Assembly (NCBI GenBank): GCA_964591285.1
Contig: CAZQAS010000014.1
Span: forward strand, 1 to 40,000
DNA from: an uncultured Rhodothermales bacterium
GTDB taxonomy: Bacteria; Bacteroidota; Rhodothermia; Rhodothermales; VXPQ01
Direction: 5' to 3'
DNA: 40,000 nt
The notes below the pieces were generated by a model. It had not been told where the DNA came from. It did not search any database and saw only the letters and a list, made by a program, of their open reading frames with translations. Below are positions 17,661-26,586 of this stretch, piece after piece (the stretch's first letter is position 1; each line of letters starts with the position of its first letter). Both the position numbers and the translations under genes were made by a program.

Positions 17661-19943
17661 GTGCCTATGTTTTTCGACCTGATATCTAGAGCCCGACAGA
17701 GGCCGAATAGCGTACGTGTGCGGAGCAAGGGCCGGCGCATTGTACTGGCCGTCGCCGCTGCCGCATGCTTCGTGGTCTCCGCAGCGTTCAACGTGGTCGA
17801 GTGGCAAAGCGGGACGCCGCTCGCGACCGCCACGGAGGTCATCTATCAACTCGTCGTCATCGGCGGCTTTACGTCCCTGTGGTTTCTTCTCTCGGAATTT
17901 TTCAGACAGCGCCAGGCGGCGCCGCTGAAGATCTTCTGGACGACGCTGTTTGTCGGCATTTTATTCGTCGTAACCGTGCGCCTGATGCTGGGCATCGCCA
18001 TGCCCACGGGCATCGAAGTCAGCGCAGCCTCCCTCGGGTTTGAGTACGGTACGGGCGTGCCGCTCACCGCCGCGACCGTCGTCAAGATGAATCTGATCGC
18101 GCTGCTGAAGGCCGGATTTGCCTTCTATATCCTCCTCCGTTTCCGGGACCTTGTGCTCTTCAAGCGCACTCGGAAGAGCCTCCGGAACTGGTATCTGATG
18201 CTGGGCTTCATGGCGGTGGCCTCACTCTCGGCCTTCTTGAAGGATCCGACGACGGACAGCACGCTCATCCAGGGAGTTGCCGCTGTGCCGGCCGTCATCA
18301 TGATGGCCATCAACGCCTTTCGCGTCTCCTGGATCGTCTTCCTCTCCTTCCGCGAGAAGGCCGGCGGCATGGGGCTGTCGATCCTCCTTATGGGGATCAT
18401 CGGCGTGAGCCTATCCCCCGGCGGCGTGCTGCCGGGCATGGAGCCCTTCGTGGAGCATTACAGCTATTCCCTGCAGCTCTTCACGGATCTCGCCCTCGGG
18501 TTCGGTCTCCTCTACTGTGTGACGGCCTTCCTCTTCCTCGTCTTTCATCTTCCGACGACGAGTGATTTTCAGCGAAAGGCCGGGGAGGTTACGGCCATGC
18601 ATTCGCTCACCAATCTGGTGGGGCAGGTGTTCGACCCGGACAAGCTCTACTATACGATCACCTCGACGCCGGTCGACGCAGGCACTGCGCAGCGTGCATG
18701 GCTGGCCCTTCCGGATCCGAGGAGCGGCTCGCTGCGCCCGCAGATCGTCGCCGCCTACAACTCGTCGAAGTCGTTTTATTTGCGGTCGGAAAATTCCGAT
18801 CGGCCGCGCATCGAGGAGAGCGTCGACCTCGCCGCCCTCTACGAGGAGGTGGAATCCAAAAAGCAACCCATCGTCATCGATGAAGCAGCCGCCGATCATC
18901 GCATTCACGTTCGCCCAGGCGGACCGCTCGGTAGCCTGCTCATCGCACCCTTGCTCTCGCGCAACGAAATGTTGGGGGCTCTGTTCGTAGCCAAGGACGT
19001 CACGCACGGATTCGAGAAGGACGACGTCGAAGCGATCAGCGTCTATGCCGCTCAAGCGGCGATCGCGCTCGAAAATGCGCGCCTGTTCGAGGAGCAGGTG
19101 GAGAAGGAGCGCCTGACCCGTGAGCTGGACATCGCGCGCGAAGTGCAGAGCAAGCTGCTGCCGCAAACGCTCCCGCAGATGCGCGGGCTGACCGTCGCCG
19201 CTTCGAGCATCTCAGCCCACGAGGTCGGCGGCGACTACTACGACTTCCTACAGCTCGACGAGAATCGTCTGGCCTTCATTATCGGGGACGTCTCCGGAAA
19301 GGGAACGTCCGCAGCGTTCTACATGGCGGAGCTTCAGGGCATCTTCCGATCTGTAAGCCGACTGACGCCGACGCCCTCCGATTTCCTCGAACAGGCCAAT
19401 CTCGCGCTGGCTTCGGCGCTGGAGCGCCACGTATTCGTTTCCGTCATCTACGGAATTATAGATGTCGAGAAAGAGGAGCTGCTGATCGCACGCGGCGGGC
19501 ACTGCCCCGCCGCCATGATCAACTTGGAAGGCACCGCCCGCTTCATTCGCACGCAGGGTCTTGGCCTGGGGCTCGACCGAAGCGGATTCTTCCGGCAGTC
19601 CCTCGTGGAGGAGCACATACGCCTTCAACCTGGAGACGTCTTCGTCCTCTATACGGACGGCGTCGTCGAGAGCCGCAACTCGGAGGGAGACGAGTACGGA
19701 TACGATCGCCTGCTCACGGCACTTACCGAATACCGCCACGAGGACGCGCCCGAACTCCACCGATCGCTTCTCGGCGATCTGGACGGGTTTCTGGACGAGA
19801 CGGAGTACGATGACGATCTTACGCTTGTCGTTCTGAAGTGGCACGGGCTCTCACTCGCCGAACTGCCCGGCGCCGAAGATCGACGACGCACGACACGCAC
19901 GGCGGCTTCGAGCCGCCTACAGGAACGAATTCAAACTGAATAA
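17661..19943 (+). CDS. Polytopic-membrane / GAF / PP2C (SpoIIE-RsbU family) serine phosphatase
   Basis: 760 aa, starting at GTG 17661 or ATG 17667. About 8-9 hydrophobic helices in aa 25-300. GAF-like region ending ...AAQAAIALENARLFEE. PP2C/SpoIIE blocks IAREVQSKLLPQ, GGDYYDF, IGDVSGKG, YTDGVVE and DDLTLVVLK. Confidence 0.9.
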   Translation: MPMFFDLISRARQRPNSVRVRSKGRRIVLAVAAAACFVVSAAFNVVEWQSGTPLATATEVIYQLVVIGGFTSLWFLLSEFFRQRQAAPLKIFWTTLFVGILFVVTVRLMLGIAMPTGIEVSAASLGFEYGTGVPLTAATVVKMNLIALLKAGFAFYILLRFRDLVLFKRTRKSLRNWYLMLGFMAVASLSAFLKDPTTDSTLIQGVAAVPAVIMMAINAFRVSWIVFLSFREKAGGMGLSILLMGIIGVSLSPGGVLPGMEPFVEHYSYSLQLFTDLALGFGLLYCVTAFLFLVFHLPTTSDFQRKAGEVTAMHSLTNLVGQVFDPDKLYYTITSTPVDAGTAQRAWLALPDPRSGSLRPQIVAAYNSSKSFYLRSENSDRPRIEESVDLAALYEEVESKKQPIVIDEAAADHRIHVRPGGPLGSLLIAPLLSRNEMLGALFVAKDVTHGFEKDDVEAISVYAAQAAIALENARLFEEQVEKERLTRELDIAREVQSKLLPQTLPQMRGLTVAASSISAHEVGGDYYDFLQLDENRLAFIIGDVSGKGTSAAFYMAELQGIFRSVSRLTPTPSDFLEQANLALASALERHVFVSVIYGIIDVEKEELLIARGGHCPAAMINLEGTARFIRTQGLGLGLDRSGFFRQSLVEEHIRLQPGDVFVLYTDGVVESRNSEGDEYGYDRLLTALTEYRHEDAPELHRSLLGDLDGFLDETEYDDDLTLVVLKWHGLSLAELPGAEDRRRTTRTAASSRLQERIQTE

Positions 19944-19958
19944 TAGGATCAAATACCG

Positions 19959-20324
19959 ATGAGCAACTTTTCCGTTGGCTTCCGCTCGCACGATCACATC
20001 CAAATTCTCGACCTGAAGGGAGAGCTGGATGCTCACACGGCATCGGAGCTCGAGGCGGCGCTCCAGAAGTGTCAGGAGGAAGAGGACTACTCGATCGTCA
20101 TCAACGGCGAGAATCTACAGTATATCTCCAGCGCAGGGCTCGGCGTCTTCATGGCCTACATCGAGGAGGTGCGCGAGCACCGCGGCGACATTAAGATCGC
20201 GGCCCTTCAGCCGAAAGTGTATAACGTCTTCGATTTGCTCGGCTTCCCCATGCTGTTCGATATCGTCGAGTCCGAGGACGAGGCGCTCGAAAAATTCGAA
20301 GAGGACCGCGCCGAACAAGCATGA
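19959..20324 (+). CDS. STAS-domain anti-sigma-factor antagonist (RsbV/SpoIIAA-like)
   Basis: 121 aa. LDLKGELDAHTASEL... and YISSAGLGVF, with the conserved phosphorylatable Ser at about position 58. Confidence 0.9.
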   Translation: MSNFSVGFRSHDHIQILDLKGELDAHTASELEAALQKCQEEEDYSIVINGENLQYISSAGLGVFMAYIEEVREHRGDIKIAALQPKVYNVFDLLGFPMLFDIVESEDEALEKFEEDRAEQA

Positions 20325-20363
20325 GGTACCCACCATCCGTATCAGCGACGCTCACCAACTGCC

Positions 20364-20798
20364 GTGGCTAAGTCCGTACATACGCTGAGTATTCCGAGCT
20401 CGACCCGCTATCTGGAGCGGGTTCGTCGCTTCGTCGAAACGCACGTTCGGAATGCGAGCCTGGCCGACGAGGCGATCGAGCAGTTCAAAATCGCCGTCGA
20501 TGAAGCCTGCACGAACGTCATCAAACATGCCTACCGGGGCGATGACTCGCAGCAGATCGACCTGGCGGTCATTGTTGAGGACGACCGCGTGACGGTGCGC
20601 ATCCGCGATGCCGGCCGCTCATTCCAGCAGGAATTCTATACGCGGCCGGACATCTTCGAGCTGGCCGAAAATCGACGCGCTGGGGGATTCGGCGTTCACA
20701 TCATGCGGAGCCTCATGGACCGCGTCGAATACAGCAGCCGCGGAAATACGAATGAGGTGCGGCTGACGAAGTTCAGGAATGGGACCGACGGCGGCTAG
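20364..20798 (+). CDS. RsbW/SpoIIAB-like anti-sigma factor serine kinase (HATPase_c)
   Basis: 144 aa with a GTG start. N-box AVDEACTNVIKHAY, G-box region GGFGVHIMRSLMD, and the expected size. Confidence 0.85.
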   Translation: MAKSVHTLSIPSSTRYLERVRRFVETHVRNASLADEAIEQFKIAVDEACTNVIKHAYRGDDSQQIDLAVIVEDDRVTVRIRDAGRSFQQEFYTRPDIFELAENRRAGGFGVHIMRSLMDRVEYSSRGNTNEVRLTKFRNGTDGG

Positions 20799-21532
20799 GC
20801 CGGCCGTCGACCCTTGTACAGCGACGCGATACCGAACGTCAGCGGTTTCCATCGGATGTCACCAAATCCCGCCGCGCGCATTCGCTCAACAAACGCATCT
20901 CCGGCGGGAAACACGTCGACCGATTCCGGGAGGTACTCATAGGCGGAGCGGTTCTTCGAGATGAGGCGTCCAACAGTCGGTAGGATGACGTGCGAATAGA
21001 ACGCATAGAGCTGCTTCACGGGGAATGCCGTCGGATGGCTGAACTCGAGGACTACGAACGTGCCCTGCGGCCGAAGGACGCGCAGGATTTCCTCGAGCCC
21101 CGCGCCAAGATCCTCGAAGTTGCGCACGCCGAAGGCAACCAGCGCGGCATCAAATTGGGAATCGGAAAACGGCAGCTTTTCGGCGTCGCCTCGCTGCAGC
21201 GTGACACGGCCGTCCTCGCCCCTGCGCGCAACCTTCTGCCGCCCGCGGGAGAGCATCTCCTCCGAAATGTCTACCCCGACGACCGTCTCCGGATCGAGGG
21301 TCAGCGCCTTCAGCGCGAGGTCGCCGGTACCGGTGGCCACATCCAGGATGCGCTTCGGCTCCTCGGAACGCAGCATTTCGACCGCCTCGTCGCGCCAGAG
21401 TTGATCGATCCCCAGGCTTAGCAGCCGATTCAAAAGGTCGTATCTCGGTGCGATGTCGTCGAACATCGCCTCGACGGCTTCCTTCTTACCCGGCGCCTCT
21501 CCCGGCGGGGGATGAGCGGTCGCAAGCAGCAT
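20795..21532 (-). CDS. ubiE: Demethylmenaquinone / ubiquinone-type C-methyltransferase UbiE/MenG
   Basis: 245 aa. MFDDIAPRYDLLNRLLSLGIDQLWR signature and SAM motif ILDVATGTGDLA. Its stop codon overlaps the convergent kinase stop. Confidence 0.9.
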   Translation of the reverse strand: MLLATAHPPPGEAPGKKEAVEAMFDDIAPRYDLLNRLLSLGIDQLWRDEAVEMLRSEEPKRILDVATGTGDLALKALTLDPETVVGVDISEEMLSRGRQKVARRGEDGRVTLQRGDAEKLPFSDSQFDAALVAFGVRNFEDLGAGLEEILRVLRPQGTFVVLEFSHPTAFPVKQLYAFYSHVILPTVGRLISKNRSAYEYLPESVDVFPAGDAFVERMRAAGFGDIRWKPLTFGIASLYKGRRPA

Positions 21533-21539
21533 GAGAGGA

Positions 21540-22523
21540 TCAGCTTAAGAGTTGGGTCAAACGGAGCAGCTCGTAGTTGATATTCTTCTTCCGGCTCCAC
21601 ACGTTGCGCAGCGGGGTCAGCTTCGTCTCGTTGTTGACGAGGCCGACCATCACGTTCTCATGCCCTTCGATCAGCGCTTCAACGGCCGCTGCACCGAGCC
21701 GGCTCGCGAGTACGCGATCGCGCGCGGTTGGGGAGCCGCCGCGTTGCGTGTGACCCAGAATGCATATGCGGAGATCGATGTCGCTGAACGCATCATCCTC
21801 GCGCAGCGCCTGCTCGATGTGCTGCGCACCCCCGTGCTCATCGCCCTCAGCCACGACCACTATCGAGGACCTCGACTGCGCCGTCATCAGCGAAAGTATG
21901 CGGGTCTTGATGTCATCCATTTCGGTGAACGTCTCGGGCACGAGCACGAGCTCCGCACCACCACCGATCCCGCTATTCAGCGCTATGAATCCCGCATCTC
22001 TGCCCATCACTTCCACCAGAAAAAGTCGATCGTGAGCGTCCGCCGTGTCCCGGATGCGGTCGATATTCTCGATGGCCGTGTTCAGCGCCGTGTCGTAGCC
22101 GATCGTCTCGTCCGTACCGAACAAGTCGTTGTCAATCGTGCCCGGACAGCCGACCATCGGAACGTTGTGTTCGTCAAACAGCAGCGCCGCACCACGGAAC
22201 GTCCCGTCCCCTCCTATACCGACGAGTCCATCTAAGCCGTGCGCCTTTAGATTTTCGCTGGCCTGCGCCCGCCCTTCCGGTGTCCGGAATCGCTTCGATC
22301 GCGCGCTCTTGAGGATCGTGCCTCCCTGCTGCACGATGTTCGACACCGAGCGGCCATCCATCTCGACGAAATCCCCGTCGATCATGCCGGCATAGCCGCG
22401 CCGAATTCCGATGACCTCGAGATCGTGGGCGACCGACGTCCGTACGATAGCTCGCACGCAGGCGTTCATCCCCGGCGCGTCGCCGCCGCTCGTAAACACA
22501 CCAATTCGTCTCGGAGTCACCAT
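21540..22523 (-). CDS. pfkA: ATP-dependent 6-phosphofructokinase
   Basis: 327 aa. TSGGDAPGMNA, GIGGDGTFRGA (GGDG indicates the ATP type) and PGTIDNDL. Confidence 0.95.
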   Translation of the reverse strand: MVTPRRIGVFTSGGDAPGMNACVRAIVRTSVAHDLEVIGIRRGYAGMIDGDFVEMDGRSVSNIVQQGGTILKSARSKRFRTPEGRAQASENLKAHGLDGLVGIGGDGTFRGAALLFDEHNVPMVGCPGTIDNDLFGTDETIGYDTALNTAIENIDRIRDTADAHDRLFLVEVMGRDAGFIALNSGIGGGAELVLVPETFTEMDDIKTRILSLMTAQSRSSIVVVAEGDEHGGAQHIEQALREDDAFSDIDLRICILGHTQRGGSPTARDRVLASRLGAAAVEALIEGHENVMVGLVNNETKLTPLRNVWSRKKNINYELLRLTQLLS

Positions 22524-22683
22524 TCAGAAGTCGCTGCGAATTACTTGAGATCCGGCTGCGGATGCTCCCGCACGATAATACCAACCATGCTTTCGACGCC
22601 CTGTCTGCGGGATTGAAGATCCGGCGAAACTTTAGGGGACGGCGGGCGGGCGTTCCTCGACCCGTCGCAGGTCGCGAACCGCG

Positions 22684-23304
22684 TCAGGTATTGTCATGTT
22701 GCGGATCGCGCCGCCCCTCCTCGAGAGGCCACCAATGGGCCGTCCGCCCGATTGCCCGGGAGAGCCGCGACTCATACTCGTCCCGCGCGATTTCGATCAC
22801 GCCGAACTGTTCGAGGTGCGGCGTGGAATACTGCGTGTCGAGCAGCGTAAACCCGCCGGCGCGGAGCTGCCGTACGAGATGGACGAGCGCCACCTTCGAG
22901 GCATCCGTGACGCGGAAAAACATCGATTCGCCGAAGAACGCCGCACCGATGGCCACTCCGTAGAGCCCGCCAACGAGCTTGCCGTCGGACCAGCTCTCGA
23001 CGCTGTGTGCGTAGCCCAGCCGGTGAAGCTCCGTGTAAACCTGGATGAGCTCTTCGGAGATCCAGGTCGAATTTCGGTCGGCGCACGCTCGCATGACGGC
23101 TTCGAAGTCCCGATCCGACGTCACCTCGAACGTTCCCCTTTCCACGAGCTTTCCCAGATTGCTGGGGACGTGGAAGGCGTCAAGTGGGAGAATTCCGCGC
23201 GGATCGGGCGCATACCAGTAGACTTCGTCGTCGGCTCGCGGGTCGGCCATAGGGAAGACACCCATCCGATAGCCCTGCAGTACGATGGTCGGGCTCAGGT
23301 CCAT
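22684..23304 (-). CDS. aat: Leucyl/phenylalanyl-tRNA--protein transferase
   Basis: Conserved from MDLSPTIVLQGYRMGVFPMADP...WYAPDPRGILPL...FEVTSDRDFEAVMRACA...GAAFFGESMF. The start is taken at ATG 23304. The upstream part of the 397-aa track ORF overlaps a real plus-strand gene and is not Aat-like. Confidence 0.85.
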   Translation of the reverse strand: MDLSPTIVLQGYRMGVFPMADPRADDEVYWYAPDPRGILPLDAFHVPSNLGKLVERGTFEVTSDRDFEAVMRACADRNSTWISEELIQVYTELHRLGYAHSVESWSDGKLVGGLYGVAIGAAFFGESMFFRVTDASKVALVHLVRQLRAGGFTLLDTQYSTPHLEQFGVIEIARDEYESRLSRAIGRTAHWWPLEEGRRDPQHDNT

Positions 23305-23418
23305 TTCGCAATCAGGACACGCTTGCAACAAACGAACGGCACCTTGCTTCCGGATCTCTAAGAACCTCGTCTGCACCTCCTTGTATTTTAGAGCGCAGAA
23401 TTCGATCCACGACACCAC

Positions 23419-23931
23419 ATGGGTAAGGCTAGACAGCAAACATTTCAGGCAGAGGTCTCCGGTCGTACGATCGAGCTGATACTGAATGAAGACCACGTCT
23501 CGATCGACGATCGGCAGGTGCCCTTCTCTCACGAAGCGATGTCGGAAACTCGCCTCTCCCTCATCGTCGATGGGCGCAGTTATTCCGCTGTGGTGATCCC
23601 GCAGCCTGGGGGTGGGTACGTCGTTTCCTTGGCCGGTCGCGATTTCGACGTGCACATCAAAGACGAACGCGACCTCTTGCTCGAACGCTACGGCCTCGCC
23701 GAAACCGCTGCCGCCGGTACCCAGGCCATCCGTGCGCCAATGCCGGGCCTGGTACTCTCCGTCGCTGTCGAGCCCGGTCAACACGTCAGTGAAGGAACGG
23801 GCCTCGCCGTCCTCGAAGCCATGAAGATGGAGAACGAGCTTCGTGCCGAGCACGACGGCATCGTAAAGGCCGTCCACGTCTCGCCGGGTGATGCCGTCGG
23901 CAAGAACGATCTTCTCCTCGAATTAGAGTAG
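23419..23931 (+). CDS. Biotin/lipoyl-attachment domain protein (biotin carboxyl carrier-like)
   Basis: 170 aa. The C-terminal IRAPMPG...LAVLEAMKMENEL...GDAV motif has the biotinyl Lys in AMKM (aa 136). Confidence 0.85.
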   Translation: MGKARQQTFQAEVSGRTIELILNEDHVSIDDRQVPFSHEAMSETRLSLIVDGRSYSAVVIPQPGGGYVVSLAGRDFDVHIKDERDLLLERYGLAETAAAGTQAIRAPMPGLVLSVAVEPGQHVSEGTGLAVLEAMKMENELRAEHDGIVKAVHVSPGDAVGKNDLLLELE

Positions 23932-23938
23932 ATCGACC

Positions 23939-24916
23939 ATGTCCCTCGTACTCGTCACGGGAGCTACCGGCTTCCTCGGATCCGTCCTCACGCGACGACT
24001 CATCCGCCGAGGCGAGAGCGTTCGAATCTACCGACGCGAGCAATCATCGATGGATCTTCTGGATGGTGTGGAGCGGAGGGTCGAGCACGCCGTCGGCGAC
24101 ATTCTGGATCCCATCGCACTGCAAGATGCGCTCACAGGGGTCGAGTTCGTCTACCACGCTGCCGCACGCGTGAGCTTCGGCGGACGCAGCGAGCGCCGCC
24201 GGCTCATGAAAGTCAACGTCGACGGCACGTCGGCCGTCGTGAATGCAGCGCTAACGAACGGCGTTCGGCGGCTCGTCCACGTCTCATCGATGGCCGCCTT
24301 CGGCCGACCGGACCGGCCGGACGGCATCATCGACGAGGAGAGCGAGTGGCAGCGTTCGAAAGTGAATTCGCTCTACGCTCAGTCGAAATATCTTTCCGAG
24401 CTTGAAATCCACCGCGGTATCGCCGAGGGTCTCGAATCCGTCATCGCCAATCCGGCACTGATATTCGGCCTTGGACGCCCAGGTGATAATACCCGGCGCA
24501 TCATCGACAAAGTCCGGGCGGGCACAATGCCCGCAATCCCTGCCGGCGGGACCAACGTGGTGGACGTCGACGACGTTGCGGATGGATTAATTCGCGCGAT
24601 GGAGCACGGAAGGTGCGGCGAGCGGTATTTCTTTGGGAGCGAAAACCTGAGCTGGGATGAAATCATCGGGGAGCTCGCCGGCGCGTTTGACGCCCAACCG
24701 CCTCGGCTCACGCTCGAGCCCTTGCCGGCGCTCGCACTCGCCTACGCCTCAGAAGCTGTGGCATTCCTCACGAGGACCCGCCCCATCATTACGCGCGAGA
24801 CGGCCCGCGCCGCATCGAGGACCTACCGCTACAGCAGCGCGAAAGCGCGGCGAGAGTTGGACTGGCAGCCGCGTCCATTTCGAGAAACGGCGAGGCGAAT
24901 AGCCGAGCAGTTCTGA
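23939..24916 (+). CDS. NAD(P)-dependent epimerase/dehydratase (extended SDR) family protein
   Basis: 325 aa. Rossmann motif VTGATGFLGS and the catalytic YAQSK (YxxxK). Confidence 0.85.
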   Translation: MSLVLVTGATGFLGSVLTRRLIRRGESVRIYRREQSSMDLLDGVERRVEHAVGDILDPIALQDALTGVEFVYHAAARVSFGGRSERRRLMKVNVDGTSAVVNAALTNGVRRLVHVSSMAAFGRPDRPDGIIDEESEWQRSKVNSLYAQSKYLSELEIHRGIAEGLESVIANPALIFGLGRPGDNTRRIIDKVRAGTMPAIPAGGTNVVDVDDVADGLIRAMEHGRCGERYFFGSENLSWDEIIGELAGAFDAQPPRLTLEPLPALALAYASEAVAFLTRTRPIITRETARAASRTYRYSSAKARRELDWQPRPFRETARRIAEQF

Positions 24917-24949
24917 CGCGCGGAGGACGCATCGCGCCCCGCAGAATTT

Positions 24950-26080
24950 TTACCAGGACTGCAGGCGGTTCGCACTCTCTGTGACCTCTCGAACGTGCGA
25001 GCGGTCGAATTCTACGATGCGCTCTCGAGTTCCCTGCGCGGCGAGGAGTGCCGTATACCGCTGCCCGGATCGGGTGAGATAGTAGCGATCGCCCTGCCCC
25101 GCAACTCGGCCGTTCGTCACGTATTTGTACGGAACTACCGTCGAGCGTACAGCCGTGACCTGCGGCTCTTCAACTTCCGTGGCGGACGGCACGATCCGTA
25201 TCGGGACGCCCGTCGACGTGAATGCGACCTCCCACGAGCGCAGGGGGATACCGGCGCGGTCTCGGGCCGTCCAATCGACGAGCCACTCGTACCTTGCAGT
25301 GAGATCGAGCGCTCCATTGTTTGGGAAGGCGACCGTGTAGTCGGGGTCGCCACGCGAGAGGAACTCCTCGATCGTCAGATCCGGATTTCGCTGGAGCGCG
25401 AGGTACAGCTCGGAGACGTCAATTCCGGCGAGATTGATGCCGTTAAACACGTCGTGCCGGTTCGTCGACCGGTAATTCGCAGCGTACCACGCACCGAAAT
25501 TGCGGTTAAGCAGCATATTGATCTCGAAATGGAGATGGGCACGCCGCCGATCGAGTCCCCGCCCCGTGTAGCCGAGCATTCCAATCTGCTCTCCCTGGCG
25601 GATGCGCTCGCCCCGCCGTGCATCTACCGAATTGAGGTGCGCATAGAGACTGTAGAACGGCGATCCGCTCCACCAGTGCTCGACGACCACGTACTTGCCG
25701 TAGCTGGAGTGGCGTTCGTTATGGTTCACATAGATGACGTATCCGTCGTCGATGGAACGAACGGTGTCGGCGGGCTCGCCGCGTTCATCGCGGTAGACGG
25801 CGCGGATGTCTACACCTTCGTGGAAACGAGTGTAGACGATGCCGGCGGACGTACGCTTTGGATTGCGCACATAACCGTATTGTCCGCCTTGCCACGGATA
25901 GGAGCGCCGGCCCTCAAACGTTCTGTTGGTGTATTGATAAAACCTCGGCTGGTCTCCCCTCAGAAGAGCATCGTTTGGAGTGGGGAGTATCAGAGAAAGT
26001 GGATCGCCGTCAGCGGGCGCAGGCAAACCGCCCACAACCAGTAAGGCCGCGGCGAGCACGAGGAAGTAGCGGACTCGCAT
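24950..26080 (-). CDS. Secreted M23 family metallopeptidase
   Basis: HEGVDIRA and HLHFEI zinc motifs. The start is taken at ATG 26080 (MRVRYFLVLAAALLVVG signal peptide) rather than the track start at 26176. Confidence 0.85.
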   Translation of the reverse strand: MRVRYFLVLAAALLVVGGLPAPADGDPLSLILPTPNDALLRGDQPRFYQYTNRTFEGRRSYPWQGGQYGYVRNPKRTSAGIVYTRFHEGVDIRAVYRDERGEPADTVRSIDDGYVIYVNHNERHSSYGKYVVVEHWWSGSPFYSLYAHLNSVDARRGERIRQGEQIGMLGYTGRGLDRRRAHLHFEINMLLNRNFGAWYAANYRSTNRHDVFNGINLAGIDVSELYLALQRNPDLTIEEFLSRGDPDYTVAFPNNGALDLTARYEWLVDWTARDRAGIPLRSWEVAFTSTGVPIRIVPSATEVEEPQVTAVRSTVVPYKYVTNGRVAGQGDRYYLTRSGQRYTALLAAQGTRERIVEFDRSHVREVTESANRLQSW

Positions 26081-26286
26081 CAGTATAGAACAACCAGGGT
26101 GGATCATACTACATGGCACGTCAACGACGGACACATTTGCGTCGATGCGTGCAGAGTGGAACGCGAAGACCGGCAAGCATGATCCAACCCATCGCCGCCG
26201 ACACAGGGAGATTACGATCGGAAACCTATCGACCGACCGCGCCTTACTACGACGAGCACTGATCAGCCCTATTGGCGCCTCAAGTG

Positions 26287-26586
26287 ATGGCCGACGTCGA
26301 CGACTCCTCTCAAGCGACCGACCCGCAGCAATTAGCGGGCAAGTCGAATGCCGTACGGATCGTCAAGTGGGTGGCATTCGTCGCAGCCGTGATCTTTTTC
26401 TTCGCCGTCGTCCGGCAGGCCGTCGACCCGTTCGGCGATAAGCCGTTCATCGAGGTGACGCACGGCGATCATACGCACTACGTTCCCAAAGACCGCGACC
26501 CGAACGTCCCCGTCGGGCAGTTTCCGACTCGCGAGCCCGGCCCCAACGAGCGCATCACGCCTGAAGGTCGAATCGTCGAGAAATAG
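26287..26586 (+). CDS. Small single-pass membrane protein with a histidine-triad (HxxHxH) motif
   Basis: ATG at 26287 (the track ORF starts at TTG 26272). One TM segment (IVKWVAFVAAVIFFFAVV) followed by THGDHTHYVPKD. Strong G/C third-position bias supports coding. The 3' end overlaps the convergent permease gene by 32 nt. Confidence 0.65.
   Translation: MADVDDSSQATDPQQLAGKSNAVRIVKWVAFVAAVIFFFAVVRQAVDPFGDKPFIEVTHGDHTHYVPKDRDPNVPVGQFPTREPGPNERITPEGRIVEK

Noticed and set aside
23305-23877. 5' extension of the aat ORF to 397 aa
   Set aside because: The extension overlaps the plus-strand biotinyl-carrier gene (which has a clear AMKM motif) and has no Aat-like sequence. The conserved Aat region begins at the ATG at 23304.
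24995-26044. 349-aa plus-strand ORF
   Set aside because: It is antisense to the M23 peptidase gene, which has both zinc motifs. There is no independent support.
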